Assembly (NCBI GenBank): GCA_039798785.1
Contig: JBDKFG010000059.1
Location: 1-32,404, forward strand
Source of the DNA: Verrucomicrobiota bacterium
Lineage (GTDB): Bacteria > Verrucomicrobiota > Lentisphaeria > Lentisphaerales > Lentisphaeraceae
Length of the DNA: 32,404 nt
Direction: 5' to 3'
Shown: one piece after another, positions 9,129 to 19,075 of the stretch
Layout of the letters: every line of letters starts with the position of its first letter
Numbering within the stretch: the stretch's first letter is position 1
Notes under the pieces: model-generated
What the model saw: only the letters and a program-made list of their open reading frames with translations
Database searches by the model: none
What the model was told of the DNA's origin: nothing
Made by a program: the position numbers and the translations under genes

Positions 9129-9183
9129 GTCAAGTCAATCCTCAAAGATTCAAAACTGCCCCTCCACAAAATCGGATTCCGTC

Positions 9184-10431
9184 GTGATCGCTTTGGCCGA
9201 CTGCAACAGTTTCTACGCTTCCTGCGAACGGGTTTTTGACCCTTCTTTGCAGGGACGCCCGGTACTGGTGCTGTCGAACAATGACGGCTGCGTCATTGCC
9301 CGTTCACGCGAGGTGAAAGAGCTGGGAATTGCAATGGGAGCCCCCTATTTCCAGGTGGCGGCGCGCTGCGAGGCTGCGGGGGTGGCGGTGTTCTCCGCCA
9401 ATTTCGGCCTGTATGGCGACATGAGCAGGCGAGTGATGGCTCATCTGCGCGAGGCGAGCCCGACCCTGGAGATCTATTCCATCGATGAAGCCTTCCTCGA
9501 TTTGCGTGGCGTCGCCGATCCGGCGGCACTTTGCCGTGATCTCGCCTTCAAGGTCGAGCGCAACACCGGGATCCCCTTGTCGATCGGCGCCGGTCCGAGC
9601 AAGACCTTGGCCAAGCTGGCGGACGACGCGGCCAAGAAGCTTCCGGGCGGGGTCCTGGTTTTGCAGGACGAGTCGGCTCGGCGCGCTTTGCTGGAGAGTC
9701 GCGGTCTGGAGGAGGTCTGGGGGATCGGCTCTCGGATGGCCCCACGGCTACAAGCCCTGGGGATGCTGACCGCCTGGGATTTGTCCGAGGCCGATCCGGA
9801 GGAAATGCGGCAGCGCTTCGGCCTGCCCCTGGCCCGTTGCGTCCGCGAGCTGCGCGGCGAAGCATGCCTCGAACTTGAAGAGTCGGCGACGTCCAAACAG
9901 AGCCTTTGTGTCTCCCGCAGCTTTCCCGGGGAGCTGCGCGGCCAGGATCCTGCCCTGGAGGCCGCCGTCATCGGGCACGTCCTGCGCGCCGCCGAAAAGC
10001 TGCGCCAAGGCAAGCAGAAGGCGGGGACGATGCAAATCTTCCTTGAATCCTCATCCTTCCGCCGAAGCGGCCGCCAGGACACCGCCTTCCGGATCTTGCC
10101 GGAGCCGAGCGACGACAGCCTCCACCTCAGCCAAGTCGCCGGGGATTTATTGCGCACCCTTGTCCAGCCCTTGAGCCTCTACAAAAAGGCCGGGGTCATT
10201 TTTTCCGATTTGGTGGAGGCCGCCTGCTGGCAGCCGAGTCTCGGCGGCGACGAAACGGGCCGGCAGCGCCGCCGCGACCTGATGACAGCCATCGACCAGA
10301 TCAACGGCCTCCACGGCAGGGACGCGCTCCGTCTCCTCGCCGCCGGTTTCCCCTCCCCTCGTGACGCCGGCAAGATCCGCCTGTCACGTCTTTGGACCAC
10401 CCGTTGGAGTGATTTGCCGGAGACACATTGA
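9184..10431 (+). CDS. umuC: Y-family DNA polymerase V catalytic subunit
   Basis: [41 protein letters not shown]-terminal LS..WTTRW; GTG start. Confidence 0.95.
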   Translation: MIALADCNSFYASCERVFDPSLQGRPVLVLSNNDGCVIARSREVKELGIAMGAPYFQVAARCEAAGVAVFSANFGLYGDMSRRVMAHLREASPTLEIYSIDEAFLDLRGVADPAALCRDLAFKVERNTGIPLSIGAGPSKTLAKLADDAAKKLPGGVLVLQDESARRALLESRGLEEVWGIGSRMAPRLQALGMLTAWDLSEADPEEMRQRFGLPLARCVRELRGEACLELEESATSKQSLCVSRSFPGELRGQDPALEAAVIGHVLRAAEKLRQGKQKAGTMQIFLESSSFRRSGRQDTAFRILPEPSDDSLHLSQVAGDLLRTLVQPLSLYKKAGVIFSDLVEAACWQPSLGGDETGRQRRRDLMTAIDQINGLHGRDALRLLAAGFPSPRDAGKIRLSRLWTTRWSDLPETH

Positions 10432-10533
10432 TGACAAAAGCGACAAATCCCCATCTTGCAAAAATCCCGCCTCTCGATATTTTGGGGAAGCCTGTTTCCT
10501 TCATAACATTTACAGAACTTTGAGGAATCGCCC

Positions 10534-13500
10534 ATGCCCAGCTCCAGCCCCTTCAATGTCGTCGGCACCCTCACGGAAGGCAAAAGCCTTGAACTGGAAG
10601 GACTGTTTGGCAGCCCTGAGCAGCGTTTCACCCAGACCGCCGCCACGCTTTTCGGCACCATCAACTACAAATCCACAGGCGAGACAGTGGCGCTCGGCTC
10701 CAGCTTCAAGCTGAGCGAGGTGGTATTCACTCACAACGGCAGCGAAAATGCCGATTCAGCTTTGAAGCTGAGCTCAGGCGGCAGCAATTACAGCGTCGGA
10801 TTCCGCTTCGAACGCGAAAATGACGCGCCGATCGTCAGAAGCGGCGACCGCATCGTCATCAAGCAAGGGCAGTATTACAAGCTTGACTCCCGCCTGATCA
10901 AGATTTCCGACAGCGATTCCCCCGCCGACAAGATCAACATCAGCCTCGCCTTCGCCGACAACGGCGGCTACCTCGTCTACGTCGGCGGCGAATTCCGCGA
11001 CAGCCGCCAGTTCAGCTATCGCGAGCTGCTGGACAACAAGGTCGTCCTTTATGTTCAGGATCTCAACAAAGCGGGCAACATCAACGTCCAGGTCGATGAC
11101 GGCCGCGATTTCGGCCGCGGCTCGATTCGCGTCTTCCACTCGGAATTCGCCACCGCCAAGAACATCCTGCCGACAATCGCCGCAGGCACCAAGCAACCAT
11201 TGACTTTCATCAAGGGCGGCAGCACCCTCATCACCCTCAGCGACGACCAGTCGATCGGATCCAACTGGTTCAAATCCAATGATAACGGAGCCTTGGCTCT
11301 GGACCTCAAGGTAAAAGTCCTCCTCAGCAATGTGAAAAACGGCTATTTCACCGTTGACGGCAAAAAGACGATTGATTTCACTTATCAGGAGCTCAAAGAC
11401 GGCTTGGTCAACTTCGTCCATGACGGCACGAGCAAAAAACCCAGCTTCCAGTTCAAGCTTGTCGACGCCATGGGAGGCATGTCGACCTTGTTCAGCAGCC
11501 TCAACGCCATCGGCGAACAGAAATTCTCGACCTATGTCGAAGACAAGGTGACCAAGGACAACCACGCGCCGGAATTCACCGGCAGCACATATTTCTCCGT
11601 CCGTCCGGAGGCCGAAACAATCGAAATCTCAAACTTCCTCTCTGTCAGTGACCCGGATGGACAAAAAGTGACTCTTTCGGTTTTCAGCAACTCCCTTGTC
11701 GGCGGCAATGTCAGCATCTCAGAAACAGGTCGCATCCTCTATCATGCCGCGACTCAAGACTTCGTCGGCGGCGATGTCATCAAGATTCTTGCCGACGACG
11801 GCCTTGGCGGTCGAACCTTGCAATCGATCAACATATCCTATACTGGCGGCGTGCCGAAAGTCACTGCCAACGATTTCTTCCTAGTCCCCGGCGTCAACAT
11901 CACCCTCAGCTTGGATATGCTTAATGGCATCGACACCGGCAACAACCCCACCCCAGCCCATCAACTAAAAATCGATATTCTTTCGAAAACCGCAAACCTG
12001 ACTTTCTTCAAGGATGGCCTCGAACTGATTGGATCCTTCACCTTGCAGGATGTTATTGACGGACGCATGTCACTGGCCCTTGCCAATAACGACACCACGC
12101 CGGACTTCACTTTCACCATTACCGACTCCGACCAGTATTCGACTGCCGCCATTAAAGCCAATATCGAGATCAGCGACAACCTCTCCTCTTACGCCCCGAA
12201 ATTGACAGTCAAGGCCTTGGATCCCGATCAGAATACCAACTCCTTGGTTTTTGACGACACCTACATTTCTGTGATTGACAGCGACAGTCCTGACGCCGAC
12301 GTCACTTTGACAGTGACAGACAATAACGCTGGCACTTTCAGGTTGTCCGGAAAAATCGTCAGCTCCTTCACTTTGGCAGAGGCCAAAGCAGGCAAAGTCA
12401 CATACACAGGCAAAGACACCAACGATCACTTTTTAACGATTACGGCCACCGACAAAGAGGGTAACTCGAGCTCGGTTGATGTCGGCTCTTACAATCTTCA
12501 TACAAACATGATTGATAATCACCACTGGGGCTTGACATCCCTGAATTATTATTTCTCCAAAGACAATGAGGTTCTGAATAACTACCCGAGCCCCTTGGAT
12601 GGCTATATACCCGGCAACGTCGCGAGTTTTACGGAAATCCAAAAAACCAACGTTCGTCAGTTCTTCCTAGACCTCGCCAAGGTTGTCAATGTAGTCTTTA
12701 CAGAAGTGAACACTCTGGAAGAATCGCACTTCAACTTAGCTCGCACCGACCACGAATACGGACTGTACGGGCGAGTCGCCGACTTCCCCGCACCCGCCGA
12801 CACGGCTAAAGACACTCCTGCGGGTGACGTGTGGATGACCACCAACGCACAAACATGGAGTCTGGAATCTGACAATGGCGACATGACTCCAGGAAAGTTT
12901 TCCTGGATGGTCTTCCAGCATGAATTCGGTCACGCTCTCGGCCTCCACCACCCCTGGGAGGACCCGACCAATCCAGACATGTTCCACGGCTTCACCGTCA
13001 TGTCCTACCTGAAAGCCTCGGATGCCAACAACGCCGCCGACTACACCAGCCTATCCTGGAAAAATTACAGCATGGGCGACATCCTGTCTCTGCAGGCCTA
13101 CTATGGCGTCAATCAGAGTGTTCAGACCAACGATGTGTACTCAAGCGCGAAGATTCTGAATGCGGCGCAGACCATCTGGGACGGCGGCGGCATCGATTTA
13201 TTCGACTTCCACGATGTTGACAACAACAGCAAGATTGATCTGCGCGATGGCCATTTCAGCTCAATCAATGCCGATGGATTGCTGCACTTTGCGATCGCTT
13301 ACAATACAGTCATTGAAAACGTCATCACCGGCGCCGGCAGCGACACCATCCACGGCAACGGCGTGGGCAACAACATCGCCACCGGCAAGGGGGACGACAC
13401 GATTTACGGTCATGGCGGAGATGACATCATCAATGCCGGCGCAGGCAAGGACCTGATCGTTACCGAAGGCGTCTTCGGTTCGGTTGACGGCGGCGACGGG

Positions 13501-13776
13501 GTGGACACACTCCGCCTCGGAGATGGCCGCATCAACCTGCTTGACAGCGCCATCGTGAATGTCGAAATTCTGGACCTCGTCAACGACAAGGCGCAAATGA
13601 TCAGCCTCTCAACTGACCAGCTCTTCTCTTTGACGCAAATTGACGGCGACGCTGTCGACCTGATCGATGGTAGCGGCTTCCGCCTGCTTACGGTCGAGGG
13701 CGACTACAATGTCTATCAGAGGCTGACGGATTCAGACGACACCGTCCGGGTCCACCGAGACATCGTCCTCGTCTAA
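10534..13776 (+). CDS. Large M10/serralysin-like zinc metalloprotease with N-terminal cadherin/CSPG-like repeats and C-terminal RTX Ca-binding repeats
   Basis: HEFGHALGLHH zinc motif, TVMSY Met-turn, DGGGIDLFDF, IENVITGAGSD, GxGxD repeats; FTYQELKDGLVNFVHDG and NHAPEF...SDPDG repeats upstream; no signal peptide seen. Confidence 0.85.
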   Translation: MPSSSPFNVVGTLTEGKSLELEGLFGSPEQRFTQTAATLFGTINYKSTGETVALGSSFKLSEVVFTHNGSENADSALKLSSGGSNYSVGFRFERENDAPIVRSGDRIVIKQGQYYKLDSRLIKISDSDSPADKINISLAFADNGGYLVYVGGEFRDSRQFSYRELLDNKVVLYVQDLNKAGNINVQVDDGRDFGRGSIRVFHSEFATAKNILPTIAAGTKQPLTFIKGGSTLITLSDDQSIGSNWFKSNDNGALALDLKVKVLLSNVKNGYFTVDGKKTIDFTYQELKDGLVNFVHDGTSKKPSFQFKLVDAMGGMSTLFSSLNAIGEQKFSTYVEDKVTKDNHAPEFTGSTYFSVRPEAETIEISNFLSVSDPDGQKVTLSVFSNSLVGGNVSISETGRILYHAATQDFVGGDVIKILADDGLGGRTLQSINISYTGGVPKVTANDFFLVPGVNITLSLDMLNGIDTGNNPTPAHQLKIDILSKTANLTFFKDGLELIGSFTLQDVIDGRMSLALANNDTTPDFTFTITDSDQYSTAAIKANIEISDNLSSYAPKLTVKALDPDQNTNSLVFDDTYISVIDSDSPDADVTLTVTDNNAGTFRLSGKIVSSFTLAEAKAGKVTYTGKDTNDHFLTITATDKEGNSSSVDVGSYNLHTNMIDNHHWGLTSLNYYFSKDNEVLNNYPSPLDGYIPGNVASFTEIQKTNVRQFFLDLAKVVNVVFTEVNTLEESHFNLARTDHEYGLYGRVADFPAPADTAKDTPAGDVWMTTNAQTWSLESDNGDMTPGKFSWMVFQHEFGHALGLHHPWEDPTNPDMFHGFTVMSYLKASDANNAADYTSLSWKNYSMGDILSLQAYYGVNQSVQTNDVYSSAKILNAAQTIWDGGGIDLFDFHDVDNNSKIDLRDGHFSSINADGLLHFAIAYNTVIENVITGAGSDTIHGNGVGNNIATGKGDDTIYGHGGDDIINAGAGKDLIVTEGVFGSVDGGDGVDTLRLGDGRINLLDSAIVNVEILDLVNDKAQMISLSTDQLFSLTQIDGDAVDLIDGSGFRLLTVEGDYNVYQRLTDSDDTVRVHRDIVLV

Positions 13777-13795
13777 AAACTCATCCTCCGCAATC

Positions 13796-13824
13796 GCCGG
13801 CCGGAGCTTCCGGCCGGCCTTTTT
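13796..13824 (+). terminator. Intrinsic terminator
   Basis: GCCGGCCGGA-GCT-TCCGGCCGGC followed by CTTTTT. Confidence 0.75.
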
Positions 13825-13852
13825 GCGCCTTCCCCCCGCCCGAGGAGATGCC

Positions 13853-14389
13853 ATGTCCGATATCCGCCGCCCTATCGAAGCCACCCTCGTCTACCTCAAG
13901 CGAGGAAGACAGTGGCTGATGCTCCATCGCGGAGGGCGGCCGGGCGACATCCATGCCGGCAAGTGGAACGGTCTCGGCGGCAAGGTCGATGCAGGCGAGT
14001 CCCCGCTAGAATGCGCCGTCCGCGAAGTCCGCGAGGAAAGCGGTCTGGAAGTGCGGTCTCTGCAGGCTTGCGGCCATCTCAGCTTCCCGCTCTTCAAAGA
14101 CGCTATCGACTGGAGCGTCCACGTCTTCCTCTGCGACGACTTCGACGGCGAGCCCGGCCCCTGCTCTGAAGGCAGCTTGGAATGGGTTGACGAGTCGCAA
14201 CTGCTCGAACTCAATCTCTGGGAAGGCGACCGCCATTTCCTGCCGCATGTCATCGCCGGGAGCCGATTCCACGGGCGCTTCGACTATCGCGACAAGAAAC
14301 TGGCATTCTGGCGGCTTTCTCTTGAAGATGAGCGCGGCCGCTATGTTGACTTGCGGCCGGAAACACCGTACATTGGTGACAAGACATAA
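13853..14389 (+). CDS. Nudix hydrolase, MutT/MTH1-like (8-oxo-dGTP diphosphatase family)
   Basis: KWNGLGGKVDAGESPLECAVREVREESGL Nudix box; LWEGDRHFL; GAGGAG RBS. Confidence 0.88.
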   Translation: MSDIRRPIEATLVYLKRGRQWLMLHRGGRPGDIHAGKWNGLGGKVDAGESPLECAVREVREESGLEVRSLQACGHLSFPLFKDAIDWSVHVFLCDDFDGEPGPCSEGSLEWVDESQLLELNLWEGDRHFLPHVIAGSRFHGRFDYRDKKLAFWRLSLEDERGRYVDLRPETPYIGDKT

Positions 14390-14405
14390 GCCCGGGAACC
14401 CGCTC

Positions 14406-15149
14406 ATGCTATACGGTATCATCTCAGACCTTCACTCCAATCTCGAAGCCCTCACCGCCGTCCTTGAGCAAGGGGAAAAACTCGGCGTGCAGAAGTACAT
14501 CTGCCTCGGCGATGTCGTCGGCTACAACGCCAACCCCAAAGAGGTGATCGACATCGTCCGCGGCCTCAACTGCCTCGCGGTGATCAAAGGCAATCACGAC
14601 GAGTACGTCTCCACAGAGAACGAACTGATCGGCTTCAACGCCCAGGCCGCCCACGCCGTCCACTGGACTCGCGAACAGCTCTCCGACGACGATCGCAAGT
14701 GGCTTGCGGAACTGCCGATGACCAAGAACCTCTGGCAGCAGAAGTGCACCATCGTTCACGCCACGCTCGACTCCCCCGAGGCCTGGGGCTACATCTTCGA
14801 CAAGTACTACGCCGAAAACTGCTTCTCCTACCAGCGCCTGCCCTACTGCTTCATCGGCCACTCCCATGTGCCCTTCGCCTACGAGCAGATCGGCGGCAGC
14901 AAGGGTGTCATCCAAGCCGGCCGCTTCGAGCAGATCACCCTCAACCCCAATCACAAATACCTGATCAACGTCGGCTCGGTAGGGCAACCCCGCGACGGCG
15001 ACTCGCGCGCCTCCTTCGCCACCTTCGACCCGGAAGAACGGGTCGTCCGCCTGCAACGGGTCGAATACGACATCGCGACCGCTCAGAAGAAAATCCTCGA
15101 CGGAGGGCTGCCGGAGAAACTCGCCATGCGCCTGCAGGTCGGACGCTGA
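14406..15149 (+). CDS. Calcineurin-like metallophosphoesterase
   Basis: ISDLHSN, CLGDVVGY, GNHD, GHSH, INVGSVGQPRDGD. Confidence 0.92.
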   Translation: MLYGIISDLHSNLEALTAVLEQGEKLGVQKYICLGDVVGYNANPKEVIDIVRGLNCLAVIKGNHDEYVSTENELIGFNAQAAHAVHWTREQLSDDDRKWLAELPMTKNLWQQKCTIVHATLDSPEAWGYIFDKYYAENCFSYQRLPYCFIGHSHVPFAYEQIGGSKGVIQAGRFEQITLNPNHKYLINVGSVGQPRDGDSRASFATFDPEERVVRLQRVEYDIATAQKKILDGGLPEKLAMRLQVGR

Positions 15150-15166
15150 CCCACCCGTCTCCTCAC

Positions 15167-15197
15167 CCGCGGTTGAATCCTCAACTGCGGTTTTTTT
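15167..15197 (+). terminator. Intrinsic terminator
   Basis: CCGCGGTTGA-ATCC-TCAACTGCGG followed by T7. Confidence 0.85.
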
Positions 15198-15230
15198 GTG
15201 CTTGTGTCCACGAAATTCCAGGAGTTCACC

Positions 15231-16256
15231 ATGAGCCAAGCTGTCCCGCGCAAAAGCCAGCCCAAGAAGTCCGGCGGCAATTCCTTCTGGATCATCTTCC
15301 TCCTCATCGTCCTCGGAGGCGTCGCCGCTTCGGAGTTCGCCGGTCCCGCCAAAGGATGGATGGGCATCGCCGCCAAGCCGCAACCGCAAGCTGCACAAGC
15401 TCCGGCCGAAATCCCGAAGATCGAAAAGACCCCGGAACCAACCCAGGAGATCAAGCCTGACGCGGCTCCAGCGCCCCCTGAGCCCCCTCCCCCTCTCCAG
15501 GCGGTCAAATCCCGTGCCGAAACCCTGTTCGACCGCTATCTCGAAGAGGAGTTGGCGAAACTGCCCAAGCCGATCTTCGGCAAGGCGATGACCATCCATT
15601 TCAAAACCGGCGACCCGCAGGAGCTCATCCCGCTTGAAGTCGAGACAGCCAAGGAAAGGCTCGTCCTGAAAAGCCAGTACGGCCGCATGTCGCCGCACTA
15701 CAGCAATCTCCGCCGCGACAGCATGGAGCTCTTCTTCCCCGAAAAGAAGGCGGCCCGCCTCGCCCGCAAACGCGTTTCCGCCGAGCTCAGCGCCCGCCTC
15801 GCACCTCCCGCCCCCCCGCCGGCTGCCGTTCCCGCAAGCGTCGCCACCGCCAGCAACCCAGCGACACCTTCCGCCTCCAACTGGTTGCCGAAATTCGACG
15901 CCTTCATCCCCATCGCCTGCGCCAGCCCGGAGCACCTCAAGCACCCGCAGCTGGAAGTGCAGAACTGGATCGACGTCCAGTCCCGCCGCAGCCATACACC
16001 GCTCGCCGAAAACCTGTATTGCAAGCAGCAAGGCCCCGCCGCCGTCCTCTACATCGAAGTCAGCAGCTCCTTCGCCGCAAAAGGCATGGAGGAACGGATG
16101 CAGCTCGCCGAAGCCTTCCGTCAATTCTGGTCCCTCCGCTGCATGAGCAACGGCGTCGCACCCGACGATCAGGCCTTCGTCTGTCTCGTCAGTCAAGGCA
16201 AGGTCGTTGGCGGCTCTCAGATGAAAGACGCGGCCGATGTCTGGGTGAAAAAATAG
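15231..16256 (+). CDS. Hypothetical membrane-anchored protein with Pro-rich linkers
   Basis: AGGAG RBS, N-terminal TM (FWIIFLLIVLGG), host-like codon bias; no family recognised. Confidence 0.75.
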   Translation: MSQAVPRKSQPKKSGGNSFWIIFLLIVLGGVAASEFAGPAKGWMGIAAKPQPQAAQAPAEIPKIEKTPEPTQEIKPDAAPAPPEPPPPLQAVKSRAETLFDRYLEEELAKLPKPIFGKAMTIHFKTGDPQELIPLEVETAKERLVLKSQYGRMSPHYSNLRRDSMELFFPEKKAARLARKRVSAELSARLAPPAPPPAAVPASVATASNPATPSASNWLPKFDAFIPIACASPEHLKHPQLEVQNWIDVQSRRSHTPLAENLYCKQQGPAAVLYIEVSSSFAAKGMEERMQLAEAFRQFWSLRCMSNGVAPDDQAFVCLVSQGKVVGGSQMKDAADVWVKK

Positions 16257-16363
16257 GCCCTCAAGCACCGCAGCCTGATTTTAACCCTGTTGATAACTTG
16301 CAAGGCTTTTTTTCCCTTGTAATGTCTGGCGCCCTGTCAAAACATCCTCAACGGAGTCACTTC

Positions 16364-17083
16364 ATGAAATCGAAAAAAGTCCTCTTCCTGGTCTCTCTCT
16401 TCGCTCTCGCCCTCTGCGCCGCAGCTCAGCAGCCTGATCTCGGCGCCAAAGCCGCCGATCTCACCGCCAAAGGCAATGAAGCTCTCGCCAATGCCGGCGC
16501 CGCCAACAAAGAAAGCAACGGCATCTTTGCCGCCGCCGCCGGCCTCCTGGTTTCGGTCATCCAAGTCTGCGTCGGCCTGGCCATCGCCTCCTTCTCGATC
16601 ATCACCGGCTTCAAGATCCTCGGCAAACTCCTCGCCAAGGACGGCAAGGACTTCGATGTCTGGCCCGCCCTGAAGAACGGCAACAACGCCGTCGCTCTGC
16701 TCGCCGCCGGCATCGTCATCGCATACACCAATGTCGTCTCCACCGGCATCAAGTCGATGTCCGACATCTGCGGCTCGGTCCTCAAGAACCTTGACTCCGC
16801 TGACGCTTGGAAAGATGGCGTCTCCGGCTTCCTCGGCGCCGGCATCAACCTGATCATCGCCCTCGCCGTCGCCTCCTTCGCCATCACCGTCGTCTTCAAG
16901 ATCATGGACAAGCTCACCAAGGACATCGACGAGAACGCCGAGTTCGCCAAGGGCAACACCGCCATCGGCATCCTCTACGCCGGCATCATCATCGGCGTCT
17001 CCCAGCTCGTCTCCGGCGCCGTCACCGGCATCGGCAAAGGCATCGGCAACTTCTTCAGCGCCATCCTCAACTCATTCAGCTGA
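16364..17083 (+). CDS. Membrane protein with two DUF350-like repeats and a signal-peptide-like N-terminus
   Basis: Repeated L/F-x-x-GN-x-A-(V/I)-(A/G)-(L/I)-L-x-AGI motif (LKNGNNAVALLAAGI; FAKGNTAIGILYAGI); GGAG RBS. Confidence 0.75.
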   Translation: MKSKKVLFLVSLFALALCAAAQQPDLGAKAADLTAKGNEALANAGAANKESNGIFAAAAGLLVSVIQVCVGLAIASFSIITGFKILGKLLAKDGKDFDVWPALKNGNNAVALLAAGIVIAYTNVVSTGIKSMSDICGSVLKNLDSADAWKDGVSGFLGAGINLIIALAVASFAITVVFKIMDKLTKDIDENAEFAKGNTAIGILYAGIIIGVSQLVSGAVTGIGKGIGNFFSAILNSFS

Positions 17084-17105
17084 GAAGCGCCTCTAGAAAC
17101 TTCCC

Positions 17106-17136
17106 ACACCCCGCGGCAACGCGGGGTGTTTTCTTT
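17106..17136 (+). terminator. Intrinsic terminator between convergent genes
   Basis: ACACCCCGCG-GCAA-CGCGGGGTGT followed by TTTCTTT. Confidence 0.85.
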
Positions 17137-17178
17137 GCTGCGACCGACACGAGTTGACGATCCATCGCAAGGATTCGA

Positions 17179-17871
17179 TCAAGGCGAAAGGAACGTGCTG
17201 CGCCCATGCCAGCTGCCTTGCTCCTCAAGCGGCTGAAAACGCAAAGTGGTGAACTGATGATGGAAATCCTGTCGCTCCCGTTCCCGCATCGCAGCGGCGT
17301 GCAGATGCGGATGCTCGATCCGGCCGCGGCCATGCACCATGTCCAACATGTCCTGCGGCCTGGCCCAGACCGAGAAGGTGGCGATGCTCCGCGGCAGGCG
17401 CATCGCGGCGGAGGCATGGAGGACGCCAGGATGATCGCGGACGAAGGCCTCCACCGGCCTGCCCCAGCGCAGGAAGCGAGGCACTTGAAGTAGCCGCATG
17501 CGAGCCAAGGTGACGGCGACCACAGGAGCCTCGGGATCGGCCTCTCCTGCGACCTGGGAAAGACCGTCGAATTCGGAGATCAAGCCCCAGCGTCGGAGGA
17601 ACTTCATCCGGACGTGCCAGCCGGCCTGGAAATGCCGCCCGAGAGAATCTCCGGCCAGAAAGGCGTCGATGGCCTCCGGCCCTTCCCAAGCAGCGAACAT
17701 CGCCAACTGGCCAAGCTGCATCCGGCGGCGCGAAAGGATCGGCGAACCAAGCTCCATCTGCCAGAGCAGTTCCGCATGAACGAGCCCAGGCACCCGCAGC
17801 GCCTGGCCGTACATCGAACGCCAGGCAAGTCCGAGCGGGACCTCGGCGAAACCGTAAGTGAAGAGATTCAT
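17179..17871 (-). CDS. Hypothetical protein, spheroidene monooxygenase (CrtA)-like two-repeat fold
   Basis: FAAWEG and ATFSVW...H..A...LRFQPL....G.W.G resemble CrtA-like proteins; ATGA-coupled to the upstream gene. Confidence 0.55.
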   Translation of the reverse strand: MNLFTYGFAEVPLGLAWRSMYGQALRVPGLVHAELLWQMELGSPILSRRRMQLGQLAMFAAWEGPEAIDAFLAGDSLGRHFQAGWHVRMKFLRRWGLISEFDGLSQVAGEADPEAPVVAVTLARMRLLQVPRFLRWGRPVEAFVRDHPGVLHASAAMRLPRSIATFSVWARPQDMLDMVHGRGRIEHPHLHAAAMRERERQDFHHQFTTLRFQPLEEQGSWHGRSTFLSP

Positions 17872-18722
17872 GACGCCGGCACTCTTGAAGAGGTTTTCGC
17901 GCTGATCGCAAAAATCATGGTGGCGACCGGCATCCCCCAGATGCTGAGACGATGGACAGCCTGCAGGAGCCCCTCTTGCTCAGTGAAGCGGAGATTCTGG
18001 TGAAAGCTGGTGACACTGTTGCACCAGAGCTGACCATTGCCGTCCTCGATGAAGACATGGCAGCCCACACCGCCGGCTGCTGTGCCGCGGGAGATGAGAT
18101 CCAGATGCCCCTCTTGATCCACCTCCACCTTGAAAAGCGCAGTCAGACTTCCTTGCGGCAAGGGAAAGACTGCTTTCACGCAGGGCTCGCCGGCGGGATT
18201 GCAGCACCCCCCGTAAAGACCCCAGAAGACATTCTCGCCGCTGTCTTCGATCCAGCGATGCCAAAGAGTGTAGACGACCCGATCCTCGGCATCGACAAGG
18301 TCGATCACCCGGCTGCTCAGAGCCAGACCTCGAGCATCGCTGTCTGCCGGCAGGCAGAGCTGCTGGACGCGGCGGCCATAAAAGCGCGAGATCAAGCTGC
18401 CAAATATGCCGAAGGGCGGCCTCCAATCCGTATGAATGTCAATCTTGAAATCGGAGGTGCGGCAATAGAAATCGGCGATCGCCGGCTTGAGCCTGCCGGG
18501 CCAGAAGCTGAGGTCCGGCAGCAGGCCGCCATGCGCCGCCTCGCGACGGCGCAAGCCTTCCTTCGCGGCGATCCGTTCGATGAACTGCTCGATGTCTTCA
18601 CCAGGCCGCCCGATCGGCCCGCGCAGCCATTCGTCCTGCCCGGTCCGCACCCGCCGCCCCAAGCAGATATGGAAGAGCTGGGTGAGCCAGTCGAGTAGGT
18701 TCTGTTTGACGGGGAGGTTCAA
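17868..18722 (-). CDS. Hypothetical protein, YndJ C-terminal-like
   Basis: L.PAIADFY.RT...W...F......R..QQL.LP and VFPLPQG pattern; TTG start is uncertain. Confidence 0.55.
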   Translation of the reverse strand: MNLPVKQNLLDWLTQLFHICLGRRVRTGQDEWLRGPIGRPGEDIEQFIERIAAKEGLRRREAAHGGLLPDLSFWPGRLKPAIADFYCRTSDFKIDIHTDWRPPFGIFGSLISRFYGRRVQQLCLPADSDARGLALSSRVIDLVDAEDRVVYTLWHRWIEDSGENVFWGLYGGCCNPAGEPCVKAVFPLPQGSLTALFKVEVDQEGHLDLISRGTAAGGVGCHVFIEDGNGQLWCNSVTSFHQNLRFTEQEGLLQAVHRLSIWGMPVATMIFAISAKTSSRVPAS

Positions 18723-19042
18723 GGGCGTGCACCAGATCCGACGGCGATGATCGCCGCAAGCCTGTAGTGCTGGGTGTTGCAGCTCTTGACGTCGGCTGCA
18801 ATGATTCGAAAATTGCGTACAACTGAATCCTCGGACAACTCGCTGTGCTCGAGGATCATGTTCAGGCGATGGGTCTCCACATCGTAGAGGACACCCATCA
18901 TCTTCTGGATCAGCCAGACATTCTCGTCGGCGTAGACAGCTTCGACACCACCCTGACCGCTGGCGTCGACGAAGGTGAGGTATTCCGCCGAGGAGCGGAT
19001 CAGGGCGGCGGGATCTTTTTTGGCGCAGGGTTTAGGGGACAT
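18719..19042 (-). pseudogene. Truncated RhuM-family (virulence protein-like) N-terminal fragment
   Basis: IRSSAEYLTFV...ENVWLIQKMMGVLYDV...SVVRNFRI.AAD.K...HY.LAAIIAVG, then stops after ~107 aa; family members are about 3 times longer. Confidence 0.8.
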
Positions 19043-19075
19043 GGAAGAAATCCGGCTTGAGTGCGTGAGTTGATT

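Noticed and set aside
14187..14405. N-terminal extensions in the ORF track (metallophosphoesterase; likewise plsX, acs, DUF350-like gene, PEPCK)
   Set aside because: They overlap upstream genes or spacers; downstream ATGs match the family N-termini or have an RBS.
14424..16268. 614-aa minus-strand ORF
   Set aside because: Spans two sense genes and a terminator; shadow composition.
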